A stretch of 64,000 bases of DNA from the NCBI GenBank assembly GCA_027053075.1, contig JALUEE010000047.1, positions 11,155 to 75,154 on the forward strand, given 5' to 3'. Below, one piece after another: positions 48,725-58,473 of this stretch. Under the pieces are notes generated by a model. It worked only from the letters and a program-made list of their open reading frames with translations. It made no database searches and was not told the DNA's origin. The position numbers were made by a program, and so were the translations under genes. Source of the stretch: a candidate division WOR-3 bacterium. Lineage in GTDB: Bacteria; Hydrothermota; Hydrothermia; B15-G9; WFZT01. Every line of letters begins with the position of its first letter. Positions within the stretch are counted from its first letter, which is position 1.

Positions 48725-49497
48725 GTATAACTCCTCCTTATCGTAGTTCCTTTTTCCATGTGGATTATCTGATTTTTTATGGACCCCGCACCGGTCCAGT
48801 TGATGATGTGAACAAACTCTGTGCCAAGCAAAAGTGAAGTTCTGGCGGCCTCCAACTTTGGAATCATGCCACCGGTTATGAAATCTGACTTTGCGATTTT
48901 TTCAATTTCATGAAGGGTGATTGTGTCTATAACCTCTCCTTTATCGTCAATGATACCCGGGACATCTGTGATGAGGAATAGATGATCTGCATTCACCGTC
49001 CCCGCTATGTGGGAAGCAACCGTGTCCGCGTTGATATTCAAAGAATTGCCAAAGGGGTCTGTTCCCACAGGTGCGACAACAGGAACGTAGCCTGCTTTGA
49101 GGATGTTTTCAAGGATTGCGGTGTTTAAGCGTCTTATTTTCCCAACAAAGCCAAGCTCCGGATTTAGGATGTCTGCTTCAATGAAGTTCCCATCCTTTCC
49201 GGAGATACCAATTGCCGAGACTCCTGCCTCCTGAAGAGATGCGACGAGTCTCTTATTTACTGTGCCGCATAAAACCATTTCAACAACTTTTAGAACTTCC
49301 TCAGTTGTGACACGTAGTCCGTTGACAAATTTTGTTTCCACACCGAGCTTGTCGAGCATCTGGGTAATTTCATTGCCTCCACCGTGAACCACTATGACCT
49401 GGTGCCCGTAATGAACAAGTTCAGCGATTTCCTCCGCTATAGGGAGGAAATTAGCCCGTTTTGTCATTTTGCCTGACACTTTTATTACTATTTTCAT
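48712..49497 (-). CDS. argB: acetylglutamate kinase
   Basis: It belongs to the amino-acid kinase family and lies between argC and argG. Confidence 0.85.
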   Translation of the reverse strand: MKIVIKVSGKMTKRANFLPIAEEIAELVHYGHQVIVVHGGGNEITQMLDKLGVETKFVNGLRVTTEEVLKVVEMVLCGTVNKRLVASLQEAGVSAIGISGKDGNFIEADILNPELGFVGKIRRLNTAILENILKAGYVPVVAPVGTDPFGNSLNINADTVASHIAGTVNADHLFLITDVPGIIDDKGEVIDTITLHEIEKIAKSDFITGGMIPKLEAARTSLLLGTEFVHIINWTGAGSIKNQIIHMEKGTTIRRSYTWVM

Positions 49498-50489
49498 ACT
49501 TCTATGCCTCCTAAAGGTAGCCCTTTTGTTTCGTTAAAGCCAAACATAATATTCATGTTTTGAATCGCCTGCCCTGCTGCCCCTTTGATGAGATTATCTA
49601 TAACAGAGACAATAACAGCGGTCTCTTTGTCCTCGAAAACCGAGATGAAGATGTTGTTTGAATAAACCACGTCTTTTAATGAGACCTGCTTTTCGCTGAA
49701 GACTTTCACAAAGGGTTTATCGGAATAAAACTCCTGCAGGGCATCGTAAATACTGAAGTCCCCGGTTTTTGTAACGTAGATTGTGGAAAGAATTCCACGT
49801 GATAGGGGCAGGAGACCGGCAGAGAATGTGATGTCTTTACCTGTTATCTCCTCCATCTCCCCAACGTGCCTGTGGACTTTCCCCACAGAATATTCGAAGA
49901 AGTTTTCGTTGACTGATATAAAGTGAGTATTTGAATTGCAGGATTTGCCTGCACCTGAGACACCTGATTTGGCATCTACAATAACCCTTTGATCAATGAG
50001 ATTTGCAATGGGCAGGATGGGGATAATAACACTCGTCGGATAGCATCCGGGATTTCCTACAATCTCTGCATTTTTAATCTGATCAGAGAATAACTCCGGG
50101 ATGCCATAAATGGCTTTTGAGAGGTATGAGGTAGCCGGATGTTGCATTTTATACCATTTTTCGTAGGTCTGTGGTTTTTTGAAACGGGAGTCACCGGAGA
50201 GGTCTATCACCTTCACACCGTTATTCAGGAATTTCTCGGCAAATTTTGCGGATTTCCCGTGAGGGAGAGCGAGGAAGACAATGTCAATGTCGGTAAAATT
50301 AAGTGCCTCAACATGGGAGATGAACGGGAATTTGTATTCGTGCAAGCCCGGGAATAAGAAGTCTATACTTTCAGACCTGTGCTCATCTGAGGTGGCAAAA
50401 ACTACGTCCGTTGCGTAATGGTTTTGAAGCAGACGAAGGAGCTCGATGCCGGTGAAGCCGGAACCTCCGACAACTCCTGCCTTCACCAT
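49494..50489 (-). CDS. argC: N-acetyl-gamma-glutamyl-phosphate reductase
   Basis: The N-terminal Rossmann motif is VGGSGFTG, and the catalytic Cys context GCYPT is present. Confidence 0.85.
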   Translation of the reverse strand: MVKAGVVGGSGFTGIELLRLLQNHYATDVVFATSDEHRSESIDFLFPGLHEYKFPFISHVEALNFTDIDIVFLALPHGKSAKFAEKFLNNGVKVIDLSGDSRFKKPQTYEKWYKMQHPATSYLSKAIYGIPELFSDQIKNAEIVGNPGCYPTSVIIPILPIANLIDQRVIVDAKSGVSGAGKSCNSNTHFISVNENFFEYSVGKVHRHVGEMEEITGKDITFSAGLLPLSRGILSTIYVTKTGDFSIYDALQEFYSDKPFVKVFSEKQVSLKDVVYSNNIFISVFEDKETAVIVSVIDNLIKGAAGQAIQNMNIMFGFNETKGLPLGGIEV

Positions 50490-51046
50490 CCTTTTGCCTC
50501 CGTATTGAAAATTTTTACAAAAATATACCTCTCCATTCTTCTTACTCCTTCCCGGGATTCTTTTTCACTTGATCCCGGATATTACAAAGGTCTTCTATAA
50601 GGGAATCTAACTGGTGAGCTGCTTTGAATCTTCAGGGTATGAGATTTTATTGTCTCATATTTTTTCATTTTTGTTGCATAAGTATACGAATTTGGTTATG
50701 GCATGTCAAGGGCTGGGGGGTAACATCTTCATGAGTCCTTTCAAAATTTCTCCCGCGCGAATTAATGGAGTGTACTATTTTCTTTGATTCCACGCTAAAA
50801 AATATCTTCCTTTCCGTGTAAATTTGTTGGAGATCACATTTTATGTTCGCTGCTCTCACAAACACTAATTGCGTGGATGCCATGCTATTTTTTCCACTCT
50901 TCCCCGGCTGCTCCCTTGGGGATAAAGAAGAGAAAATAGCCCAGTCTTGTCGGCAGTATGTGGAAACTTGCCGAAAGTGGCGAAGAGAATTTCCGGTTTT
51001 TGAGCAGTTTTTCAGAAAAAATCCTGAACAAATACAGAAGGGAATT

Positions 51047-51538
51047 TCAGGATTGCTCACACTCTTTCTTTTTCAAATATAGGCTGCGGCTTTTTCTAAT
51101 GAGATAGAGGGAAATTACAAGCGCGACCACAACTGTGAGCGATATAATCGTCTCATATTCGTATATTTTCACCTTTTGCATCGTGAGTTCCTCAACAGAG
51201 TGTGCCCCGATTATAAGTATTTTCCTCACTCCTGAAATGATTCCAATGAAAAGGAAGGGCTCTACAGTAAGAGAGCGGGATTTCAGATAATTTAACACAA
51301 GCCAGATAATCTCGAGCAAAATGAGGATGAGGAGAATATCTTCCAATACCCTCAGGGTGAGGTGCACGACTGACTGGTGTAGCAAAAGACCATCAAAAAA
51401 GTTATAGAAGGCATACGCAAAAATAACGATGGAAATTATTATGAGGAAGGCGGAGATGCCAGTATAAACAATATCATCAAACGTCTCTAAAATACCAATG
51501 ATTTTTCTCATCGTAAGAATTATAAAATTTCGTACCAC
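51047..51538 (-). CDS. PsiE-family-like small membrane protein
   Basis: It is a 4-TM protein of 163 aa. The assignment is weak. Confidence 0.3.
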   Translation of the reverse strand: MVRNFIILTMRKIIGILETFDDIVYTGISAFLIIISIVIFAYAFYNFFDGLLLHQSVVHLTLRVLEDILLILILLEIIWLVLNYLKSRSLTVEPFLFIGIISGVRKILIIGAHSVEELTMQKVKIYEYETIISLTVVVALVISLYLIRKSRSLYLKKKECEQS

Positions 51539-51597
51539 TCATGTAAACGCTTCTTGACTAAAAGAGGGGATAGGTGTTATAAATAAAACTCAAACTT

Positions 51598-51669
51598 GCG
51601 GGCGTAGCTCAGAGGGAGAGCATCAGCTTCCCAAGCTGAGGGTCGCGGGTTCGAATCCCGTCGCCCGCT
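51598..51669 (+). tRNA. tRNA-Gly (anticodon CCC)
   Basis: GCGGGCG-TA-GCTC..TCAGC-TTCCCAA-GCTGA..GCGGG-TTCGAAT-CCCGT-CGCCCGC-T. Confidence 0.8.
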
Positions 51670-51675
51670 CTTATT

Positions 51676-53697
51676 TTGAAAATGATATTTTTTGCCCTTC
51701 TTATTTCTCTTTCAACATCCCCTAAACTCGTTAACTCCATAGTCACCCGAAATTGGCCTGCAATCTACAACTCTGCCACCACTGATAAGCCCGATGATAG
51801 GTTCTTTTTCGTGGTTTCTCTCTTACGCATGAGAAAGTACGATATTCTCTATCAGTACTATTCCACGAGGATGCATAAACTCTCAAAACCCGAATTCTTC
51901 GCTTTTCTTTACTCCTTATACAATATACCTTCAGCAGACAGTATGTTTTACCGGCTGATTGAAGAAGGACTGACCTTTTATCCTGATTTGGGCGATTTCC
52001 TCCTATTTCTCAGGATCAGTAAGAATATCTCCAAGCAGAAGACAAAGGAGGTTCTCATTGATCTGAGGATTTTAAGGAAGAAATATCCTCGAAGCTACTT
52101 CCTTGAATCGTCTATAATGAGCATCCTGAGGTACCTTTATTCCAACTCAGCCCACAAAGAGTATAAAAAGGTTTACACAGGTTACAGTAAGTTTTTGAAA
52201 TACTACAGTGACCGGGCAGAAGCCCTCTACTATCTTGCAATGATTTCAAGAGCATCAGGAGACAAGAAAGGGTTACGTCGAATTTCGGATATTCTCATAA
52301 CGAGGTACTACAAATCCCCGTTTTCCTACCGGGTAATAAGATTCGCATCAAAAAAATATGTGTTTTATAAAGGGCTCTCTGCGTTCTACAGCGGAAAATA
52401 CAAAACTGCTATCAAATACCTGAGAAAAACAAGGCTCGCGAAGAAATATCATTATCTAACAATCAGCTACTATCGGGCTGGATACTTTTCCAGATTGATA
52501 AAGTTGTATAAAAAGGGAAGGGTTCCCGATTCTCTCATTTACTATGTGGGACTGGCATATGAGAAGAAGAAAAAATATGAAGATGCGGTTAAATTCCTGT
52601 TAAAAACCTTAAGGGCCAGGTCCCGGTATGCCGGCAATGCAGCTTATGAGCTCTCGTTTATCTTTGTCAATAACCCCCGTGTTTTCAAAAAATGGGAAGG
52701 AAAACTTCCGCTGGTCATACACAACGCAGATTATTTAATGAGAATGGGGCTTGTTTACATGGTCTCCGGTAAAAGGCAGAGAGCCCAGGCGTTCTTTGAG
52801 AAAGTTCTCACCCTGAACGATAGATTTGCAAGTTCCCAGGCCCTTTACTGGCTTTACAGAATGTCAGGCATCGGAGCTTATCGGGACTTCCTCTTAAGAG
52901 AGCACCCTTTTTCCTATTTTGCATGGATAACAAACGGTAATAAAGTACTTGCACCTGTTGATTCTGTGGTGGGCAGGTTACTCCAGAATAATGGAAATTT
53001 CTTTCTAAAAAGTCCAAAGTTCTGGAATCGCTTCCACACCTTTGCTTTCCTTGGGCTGAATAATTATGCACTTCGGGAGCTAAGAAAATGTTCGGCAAAT
53101 CTTCGGGAGTGTGTGGAATTTTCATATCTTACAGGGGAAGACAACCTAACTGTGGAGATTTTCAGAAGATTCATAGGGCTTGAACGCAAAAAGAAGGGTC
53201 TGGTTTTTGGATACCCACTTGCGTACTGGTATTATATTCAGGGGGAGGCTTCGGAGCCTTTCTTGTTTGTTTCACTCCTCCGTGAAGAAAGTCATTTCAA
53301 CCATATGGCGGTATCGCCGGCCGGAGCCATAGGTATTGCTCAGCTTATGCCATTCACAGCTGCAAAACTTTTAGGTAGACGAGTGAAAAGGGATGAGTTA
53401 CTCGATCCTTATTTCAATATAAGACTTGGGGCAAGATATCTAAACTCTTTAATTGAAAAATACAACGGCCGTCTGATTTTTGCCCTTGCCGCCTACAATG
53501 CCGGTCCAAAAAGGGTGGATGCCTGGATAAAAAAGTATTCCCAATCCGGCATCGCGGAGGACCCTTACCTCTTTGTGGAATTTATCCCATTTCGGGAAAC
53601 AAGAAATTACGTTCGAAGAATAATGAAGGACTACAGGCTTTATAAGCGACTTTATAACTCATACCAAAAAGAATTGCTTGACCGTCAGGCTTCGTAG
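51676..53697 (+). CDS. slt: soluble lytic murein transglycosylase (superhelical N-domain plus SLT domain)
   Basis: The SLT catalytic motif is EESHFNHMAVSPAGAIGIAQLMP. Confidence 0.75.
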   Translation: MKMIFFALLISLSTSPKLVNSIVTRNWPAIYNSATTDKPDDRFFFVVSLLRMRKYDILYQYYSTRMHKLSKPEFFAFLYSLYNIPSADSMFYRLIEEGLTFYPDLGDFLLFLRISKNISKQKTKEVLIDLRILRKKYPRSYFLESSIMSILRYLYSNSAHKEYKKVYTGYSKFLKYYSDRAEALYYLAMISRASGDKKGLRRISDILITRYYKSPFSYRVIRFASKKYVFYKGLSAFYSGKYKTAIKYLRKTRLAKKYHYLTISYYRAGYFSRLIKLYKKGRVPDSLIYYVGLAYEKKKKYEDAVKFLLKTLRARSRYAGNAAYELSFIFVNNPRVFKKWEGKLPLVIHNADYLMRMGLVYMVSGKRQRAQAFFEKVLTLNDRFASSQALYWLYRMSGIGAYRDFLLREHPFSYFAWITNGNKVLAPVDSVVGRLLQNNGNFFLKSPKFWNRFHTFAFLGLNNYALRELRKCSANLRECVEFSYLTGEDNLTVEIFRRFIGLERKKKGLVFGYPLAYWYYIQGEASEPFLFVSLLREESHFNHMAVSPAGAIGIAQLMPFTAAKLLGRRVKRDELLDPYFNIRLGARYLNSLIEKYNGRLIFALAAYNAGPKRVDAWIKKYSQSGIAEDPYLFVEFIPFRETRNYVRRIMKDYRLYKRLYNSYQKELLDRQAS

Positions 53698-53713
53698 TTA
53701 TACCCTTAAAAAT

Positions 53714-54064
53714 ATGCAGGTGGAAAAACTCTACTGGAAAATATCAGAGGTAGCGGAGATTGTGGGGGTTCGTCCTGAGCAGCTTCGGTACTGGGAAAAA
53801 GAGCATGGACTCTTGCATCCTTTGAGGAAGGGGGGCAAGAGAAGGTATACGCGGAAAGATATTCAGATCGCCCTGATGATAAAGGCTCTTCAGGACAATG
53901 GGGAAGACCTGAGAAGGATCAGTTATCAGCTCAGACACCATAATAATTCGGAATTTTTTAACAAGGCTTTAAAAACCTTTTTAAAGTCAATCCAGCAGGA
54001 TGTCAGGAAACTTCTTGAGGAAGTGAGAAAAATCAAGCGGGAATTGGAAGAGGGGTATAATTGA
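53714..54064 (+). CDS. MerR-family transcriptional regulator
   Basis: The HTH is ISEVAEIVGVRPEQLRYWEKEHGLL. Confidence 0.6.
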   Translation: MQVEKLYWKISEVAEIVGVRPEQLRYWEKEHGLLHPLRKGGKRRYTRKDIQIALMIKALQDNGEDLRRISYQLRHHNNSEFFNKALKTFLKSIQQDVRKLLEEVRKIKRELEEGYN

Positions 54065-54804
54065 AATACATTATTCTGGGCGCAATACAGGGATTAACTG
54101 AATTTCTCCCCATATCGTCATCCGGGCATCTCGTGGTATTTGAGCATTTTCTCAACGTTCATTTTCCGGGCATTACCTTTGAGGTATTCTTGCACCTTGC
54201 CACCCTCACTGCTGTGGTTATATATCTGTGGAAGGACGTTATAGATATTTTTCATTTCAGAAAATACTCCTTCTGGGAACAGCCAATAGTTTTAATCATA
54301 ATTGGAACCATTCCAGCAGGCATAGTGGGACTTTTGTTTAATGACAGGATAGAAACATTTTTCGTGACCATAAAATGGGTGAGATATTTCTTCATCTTGA
54401 ATAGTTTCATCTTGCTCACATCCATGTGGTCAAAGGGGGGACGCGAGAAAATAACCCCCTGGGATGCTCTTCTAATTGGAATCGGTCAATCTCTTGCGAT
54501 TTTACCGGGTATCTCGCGCTCTGGCACTACTATAACAGTTGCGTTGCTTCTTGGCATAGCACCGAGGAAGGCCTTTTCATTTTCCTTCCTTCTATCTCTT
54601 GCTGCCATATCCGGTGCCGCAGTGCTAAAGCTTAAGGGGATTGAACACTTTGCTCTAACGACAGGCTATCTTACAGGATTTATCTCAGCCTTAATTTTTG
54701 GTCTAATTGCTATAATCGTGCTGAAAAGAGTCGTGCTTGTCAGGAAACTCCATTACTTCGGATATTACACCCTTGCACTGGGAATAATTCTTTTATTCTT
54801 TTAG
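54061..54804 (+). CDS. uppP: undecaprenyl-diphosphate phosphatase
   Basis: The BacA motif is GLTEFLPISSSGHL. Confidence 0.85.
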   Translation: MKYIILGAIQGLTEFLPISSSGHLVVFEHFLNVHFPGITFEVFLHLATLTAVVIYLWKDVIDIFHFRKYSFWEQPIVLIIIGTIPAGIVGLLFNDRIETFFVTIKWVRYFFILNSFILLTSMWSKGGREKITPWDALLIGIGQSLAILPGISRSGTTITVALLLGIAPRKAFSFSFLLSLAAISGAAVLKLKGIEHFALTTGYLTGFISALIFGLIAIIVLKRVVLVRKLHYFGYYTLALGIILLFF

Positions 54805-55127
54805 GAGTGATCACTGGGGGCCTATCTCCATATCTATTCCTGCGTAAATTGTGGTAAGTCCATGTTTCCACGCTAACCTCGATGTTCATCTGGATGTGTA
54901 AAAATTTTTAAAGAAGCCCGGGTATATTTCTAAAAGTGGAAATCACAACAATCGTGATTCAAATTAATTGAAGGCCAGTTGGGTTTTCATCGAACTTTGT
55001 CTGATTTAACATTAAGACTAAAACTGGAAAATGGCGGAATAAAAGAGATAAATTGGCCTTTTCACTTGATATTACTTTTGAAAGATTTTATACTTCTCAT
55101 ACTAAAACTCAAGAAGGAGGATAGAAA

Positions 55128-55340
55128 ATGGGACTCAAAGTAACAATTGATCCAGATCTTTGTGTGGGAGATTCCATCTGTGTGGACCTCGTACCTGACG
55201 TATTTGAAATGGGCGATGATGGTATCGCTTATGTGAAGCAGGGCATGGAGTGCACAGGCGACAGAGAGGATGTGCAGGACGCAGCAGATCAGTGCCCCAG
55301 CGGAGCAATCATAATCGAAGAGTCAGAAGATTGTAAGTAA
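55128..55340 (+). CDS. fdx: small ferredoxin (single [4Fe-4S]/[3Fe-4S] cluster type)
   Basis: It is 70 aa with D.DLCVGDSICV...CPSGAI, resembling hyperthermophile-type ferredoxins. Confidence 0.7.
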   Translation: MGLKVTIDPDLCVGDSICVDLVPDVFEMGDDGIAYVKQGMECTGDREDVQDAADQCPSGAIIIEESEDCK

Positions 55341-55356
55341 GAATAAATGTGGTTAA

Positions 55357-55644
55357 TTTGATTATGGGGGCGATGGCGAAGCCATCGCCCCCCATTTTTT
55401 TCTTCTAAAAAATGGCCGCAGGAGACCTGTACAGTGGATCAGAAGAGTCAAGACCCTGCCACATGTATGGCATACTCTTACCGTCGTGATAAAAGGCCAA
55501 AGGATTCAGGGATTCCTGGATGGAAAGAAATATATAGACTTTAGAGCTCGTTCTCCCATTTCAGGCAAAATTGGACTGTGGTCAAAGGCAGATTCTTATG
55601 TGTATTTCGACGATTTCACCGTGGAGACTGAAGAAGGTAAATAG
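55357..55644 (+). pseudogene. C-terminal remnant of a LamG/DUF1080-like (concanavalin-like) domain gene, lacking a start
   Basis: An in-frame stop-free stretch ends ...VWHTLTVVIKGQRIQGFLDGKKYIDFRARSPISGKIGLWSKADSYVYFDDFTVE*, which matches the conserved DUF1080 C-terminus (W..h.V...G..i..ylNG......: G.IGLq...). No in-frame ATG is present. The upstream portion is replaced by fdx and its terminator. Confidence 0.35.
55361..55397 (+). terminator. intrinsic terminator GGGGCGATGG-CGAAG-CCATCGCCCC plus T7
   Basis: It lies 20 nt after the ferredoxin stop. Confidence 0.7.
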
Positions 55645-55649
55645 AAACT

Positions 55650-57350
55650 CTACTCAAAGTATCGTTCGATAATCTTCTTCGCAATGGGAGCAACGTGGCT
55701 GCCGTGCTCACCGTGCTCCACTACAACGGTGACGACTATCTGTGGATCGTCATATGGGGCAAAGGCTGTAAATAATGCGTGATCCTTTCCGTGCGGATTC
55801 TGGGATGTTCCTGTTTTACCGGCAAAAATCACCTTATCTGAGCGTGAGGCATAGGCAGTCCCACCCGGTTTATTGACCACCATCCACATGCCCTTTTTGA
55901 TAACGTGAAAAACCGATGAATCCACTTTCCATCGCAAAGTATCCCCAGGAATATAGTCTGCATCCTCAACGCTCTTTAAAACATGTGGGCGTGGCAAAAC
56001 TCCATTACTGGCAATGAGGGCTGTCAGTGTGGCAATTTTTAGTGGAGTTAAAAGAATCTCTCCCTGTCCAATGGCGAGATTCAGGACATTTCCCGGTCCG
56101 AAACCGTTGGCACCGTACCTTTCTTTGTACCAGCTACTGTCAGGCACAAAGCTGGGAATCTCTCCCGGTAGGTCTATACCGACCTTCCCTCCTATCCCGT
56201 ACTTTTTTAGCATTTTCAGGAATCTTCCAAATCCTATTCTCAAGCCCAGCTGGTAGAAATACACATCACATGAGTGCTGAATCGCCTGGGGAAGATTGAG
56301 AGAGCCGTGACCGGGTTTAAACCAGCATGACCAGACCCTCCTTCCGAATCTGTAGTACCCCGGGCAGCTGAAGACCGTGTTTTCACTAACAGCACCAGCT
56401 TCGAGGGCGAACATGGCGGATACAGGCTTAAATGTCGAGCCCGGCGGATACAGACCTGATATTGCTCTATCAAGCAATGGTTTTGTCTTATCAGACACAA
56501 GCTTCTGCCAGAGTTTGTAGGAAATCCCGGCCGAAAGCTGGTTGGCATCAAAGGATGGTTTTGAATAGAGGGCAAGAATACCACCTGTTTTAATGTTTAA
56601 AACAACAACCGCCCCGGCACCGTAATCTTTCATCAGGGAATCTATGTACAGTTCAAGCGGGGCATCAATGGTGAGTGTAATGTCTTTACCATCAACTGGC
56701 TTGATGGGTGGTATTGGGTCCTCTTTGATTAGCTGACCTGTAACGTCCACCATAAAATACCGGGTACCAAATTTGCCCCTCAAAAATCGGTTGTAGAATT
56801 TTTCCACACCGCGCTTTCCGATTGTCTCTCCAACCTTCAGCGTACTATCCCTCTCGATCTCCGTCTGTGTAACCTCTCCAGTGTATCCCGTAACATGGGC
56901 CAGCACCCTGGGATAGTGATAATACCTCACCGGAATAGTCCCCACCACGAAGTAGGGGAACCTGTCTCTTTCCTCTTCGAGCCTGGTGATTTCTTTAAAA
57001 TCAAGGTCTTTTATAACAGGATATTGCAGTAACTTCCGGTAGAGACTGTCTACATTGGTTTTTAGTCCGATTATTTCGAGGAGGTTCTTTAGCTCCGATT
57101 TTTTAAGACCATTTTTGAGAATATAAACTGCGAACCCTGGCCGCCAATCTGCGAGAACCACTCCATTTCTGTCGAGAATTCGACCTCTTTTGTAAGGAAT
57201 TCTGATGGACTTGAGGAAATTCTTTTGAGCCCAGCTTGTAAATTCCTCATGTCTTACAATCTGGATATCGTACAATCGGCCGAGGAGAACAAAAAACACA
57301 AAGATCACAAGCGAGAAAACGATGAGCCTTCTTATCTTTTCTGTACCCAT
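55650..57350 (-). CDS. mrdA: penicillin-binding protein 2 (elongasome transpeptidase)
   Basis: The SxxK motif is STFKP. It lies in a cluster with mreBCD. Confidence 0.85.
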   Translation of the reverse strand: MGTEKIRRLIVFSLVIFVFFVLLGRLYDIQIVRHEEFTSWAQKNFLKSIRIPYKRGRILDRNGVVLADWRPGFAVYILKNGLKKSELKNLLEIIGLKTNVDSLYRKLLQYPVIKDLDFKEITRLEEERDRFPYFVVGTIPVRYYHYPRVLAHVTGYTGEVTQTEIERDSTLKVGETIGKRGVEKFYNRFLRGKFGTRYFMVDVTGQLIKEDPIPPIKPVDGKDITLTIDAPLELYIDSLMKDYGAGAVVVLNIKTGGILALYSKPSFDANQLSAGISYKLWQKLVSDKTKPLLDRAISGLYPPGSTFKPVSAMFALEAGAVSENTVFSCPGYYRFGRRVWSCWFKPGHGSLNLPQAIQHSCDVYFYQLGLRIGFGRFLKMLKKYGIGGKVGIDLPGEIPSFVPDSSWYKERYGANGFGPGNVLNLAIGQGEILLTPLKIATLTALIASNGVLPRPHVLKSVEDADYIPGDTLRWKVDSSVFHVIKKGMWMVVNKPGGTAYASRSDKVIFAGKTGTSQNPHGKDHALFTAFAPYDDPQIVVTVVVEHGEHGSHVAPIAKKIIERYFE

Positions 57351-57763
57351 AATTCGACCAGAACCGAAAAGATAACCGTCAATAGGATCGCCCTGAAGTA
57401 CAAGAGCGAGAGAGCAAGACCATTGACATAAAGGTAAACAGCGTAATAAACAACGATGCTCACAGTGAATAGAATAATCTTGGGCAGGACCAGGGCAATA
57501 TTTACAAAGTTACGATAAATGATGAAAATGAGTCCAAAAAGTGTGAAAGTGAATGGAGATACCCAGGGAATATCCAGATACAATCCATCTCTTAAAATAC
57601 CAGCTGTAAGGGCGAGCGGACCAACATAATCATCAGCAATGTGCAAAATCAGGGGTAGTAGAAAAATTAAAACCGGGTCTGGCAGCCAGATATACGTTAC
57701 TTTGGCCCTTATGGCCGATGAGACCAGCAAAAGTATAAGCAGTGTCCATTTTTTCGCGTTCAT
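57332..57763 (-). CDS. mreD: rod shape-determining protein MreD
   Basis: It is a small polytopic membrane protein downstream of mreC. Confidence 0.7.
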   Translation of the reverse strand: MNAKKWTLLILLLVSSAIRAKVTYIWLPDPVLIFLLPLILHIADDYVGPLALTAGILRDGLYLDIPWVSPFTFTLFGLIFIIYRNFVNIALVLPKIILFTVSIVVYYAVYLYVNGLALSLLYFRAILLTVIFSVLVELWVQKR

Positions 57764-58473
57764 TTCACAATCCCGAATATGCCTGTTGATGAAAAATCCC
57801 AGAAGGGTCTGACTTTAATCCTGAAGAAAAACTGGTCCTCGGAGGAATTTTTTACCTCATCAACAACTCCTGCAGGAATTCCACCTTTTATTATGCCAAT
57901 GCCTGATGTAATGAGAGTATCACCTTCTCTTACATCTGCCCATTTGGGGACATACAAAAGATGGGGAGTGCTACCACCTGCAAGCACTCCGAGCACACCG
58001 CTCCTCTTGTCCGCAACTCCCACCCTGAAATTCTCGTTATAGAGGCTCATCACAAAAGAGAGCCTGTCAGTTGTATAGTAAACCTTTCCAACCAGATTTC
58101 CTCTGTAAACAACGGGTAAGCCATATCTGACACCTGAATTTTTCCCCTTATCGAGCGTAATTTTTTGCACCTTTCCAAAGGGGTCAAAATAAAGCGCCTT
58201 GGCGAGGATATAGGTGGTATCAAGTCCGTTTTTCCAGATTCCATAAAGCCTTTTTCTCTTCTCTTCACTCAGCTCTCCCATGGAAAGGAGCAAGAGCTCA
58301 TTAAGCTTCTCATACTGTGAGCGCATGAATGTCAATTCTTCCACAAACTTCTCGGCCTTCAAAACCGGGATATAGACCGAGTCCGCAAGGATTGTGTGGA
58401 AAATAGTTTTAATAGGTTTGATGAAGAACAAAAGGGAAACGAGCAGGTAAATCAGGTAACTTTTTTTCATCAA
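57760..58473 (-). CDS. mreC: rod shape-determining protein MreC
   Basis: It has an N-terminal TM and coiled-coil. Its position after mreB fits. Confidence 0.75.
   Translation of the reverse strand: MMKKSYLIYLLVSLLFFIKPIKTIFHTILADSVYIPVLKAEKFVEELTFMRSQYEKLNELLLLSMGELSEEKRKRLYGIWKNGLDTTYILAKALYFDPFGKVQKITLDKGKNSGVRYGLPVVYRGNLVGKVYYTTDRLSFVMSLYNENFRVGVADKRSGVLGVLAGGSTPHLLYVPKWADVREGDTLITSGIGIIKGGIPAGVVDEVKNSSEDQFFFRIKVRPFWDFSSTGIFGIVK

Noticed and set aside
50665-51082. ORFs 50665..51060 (-) and 50843..51082 (+)
   Set aside because: They are mutually overlapping, Cys/Arg-rich and low-complexity, with no RBS. They most likely sit in non-coding arg upstream sequence.
55412-55644. An ATG at about 55412 as the start of the LamG-like ORF
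   Set aside because: By my frame count, that ATG is out of frame with the conserved C-terminal segment. The ORF track also lists no ORF of at least 60 aa here. It is treated as a start-less remnant.
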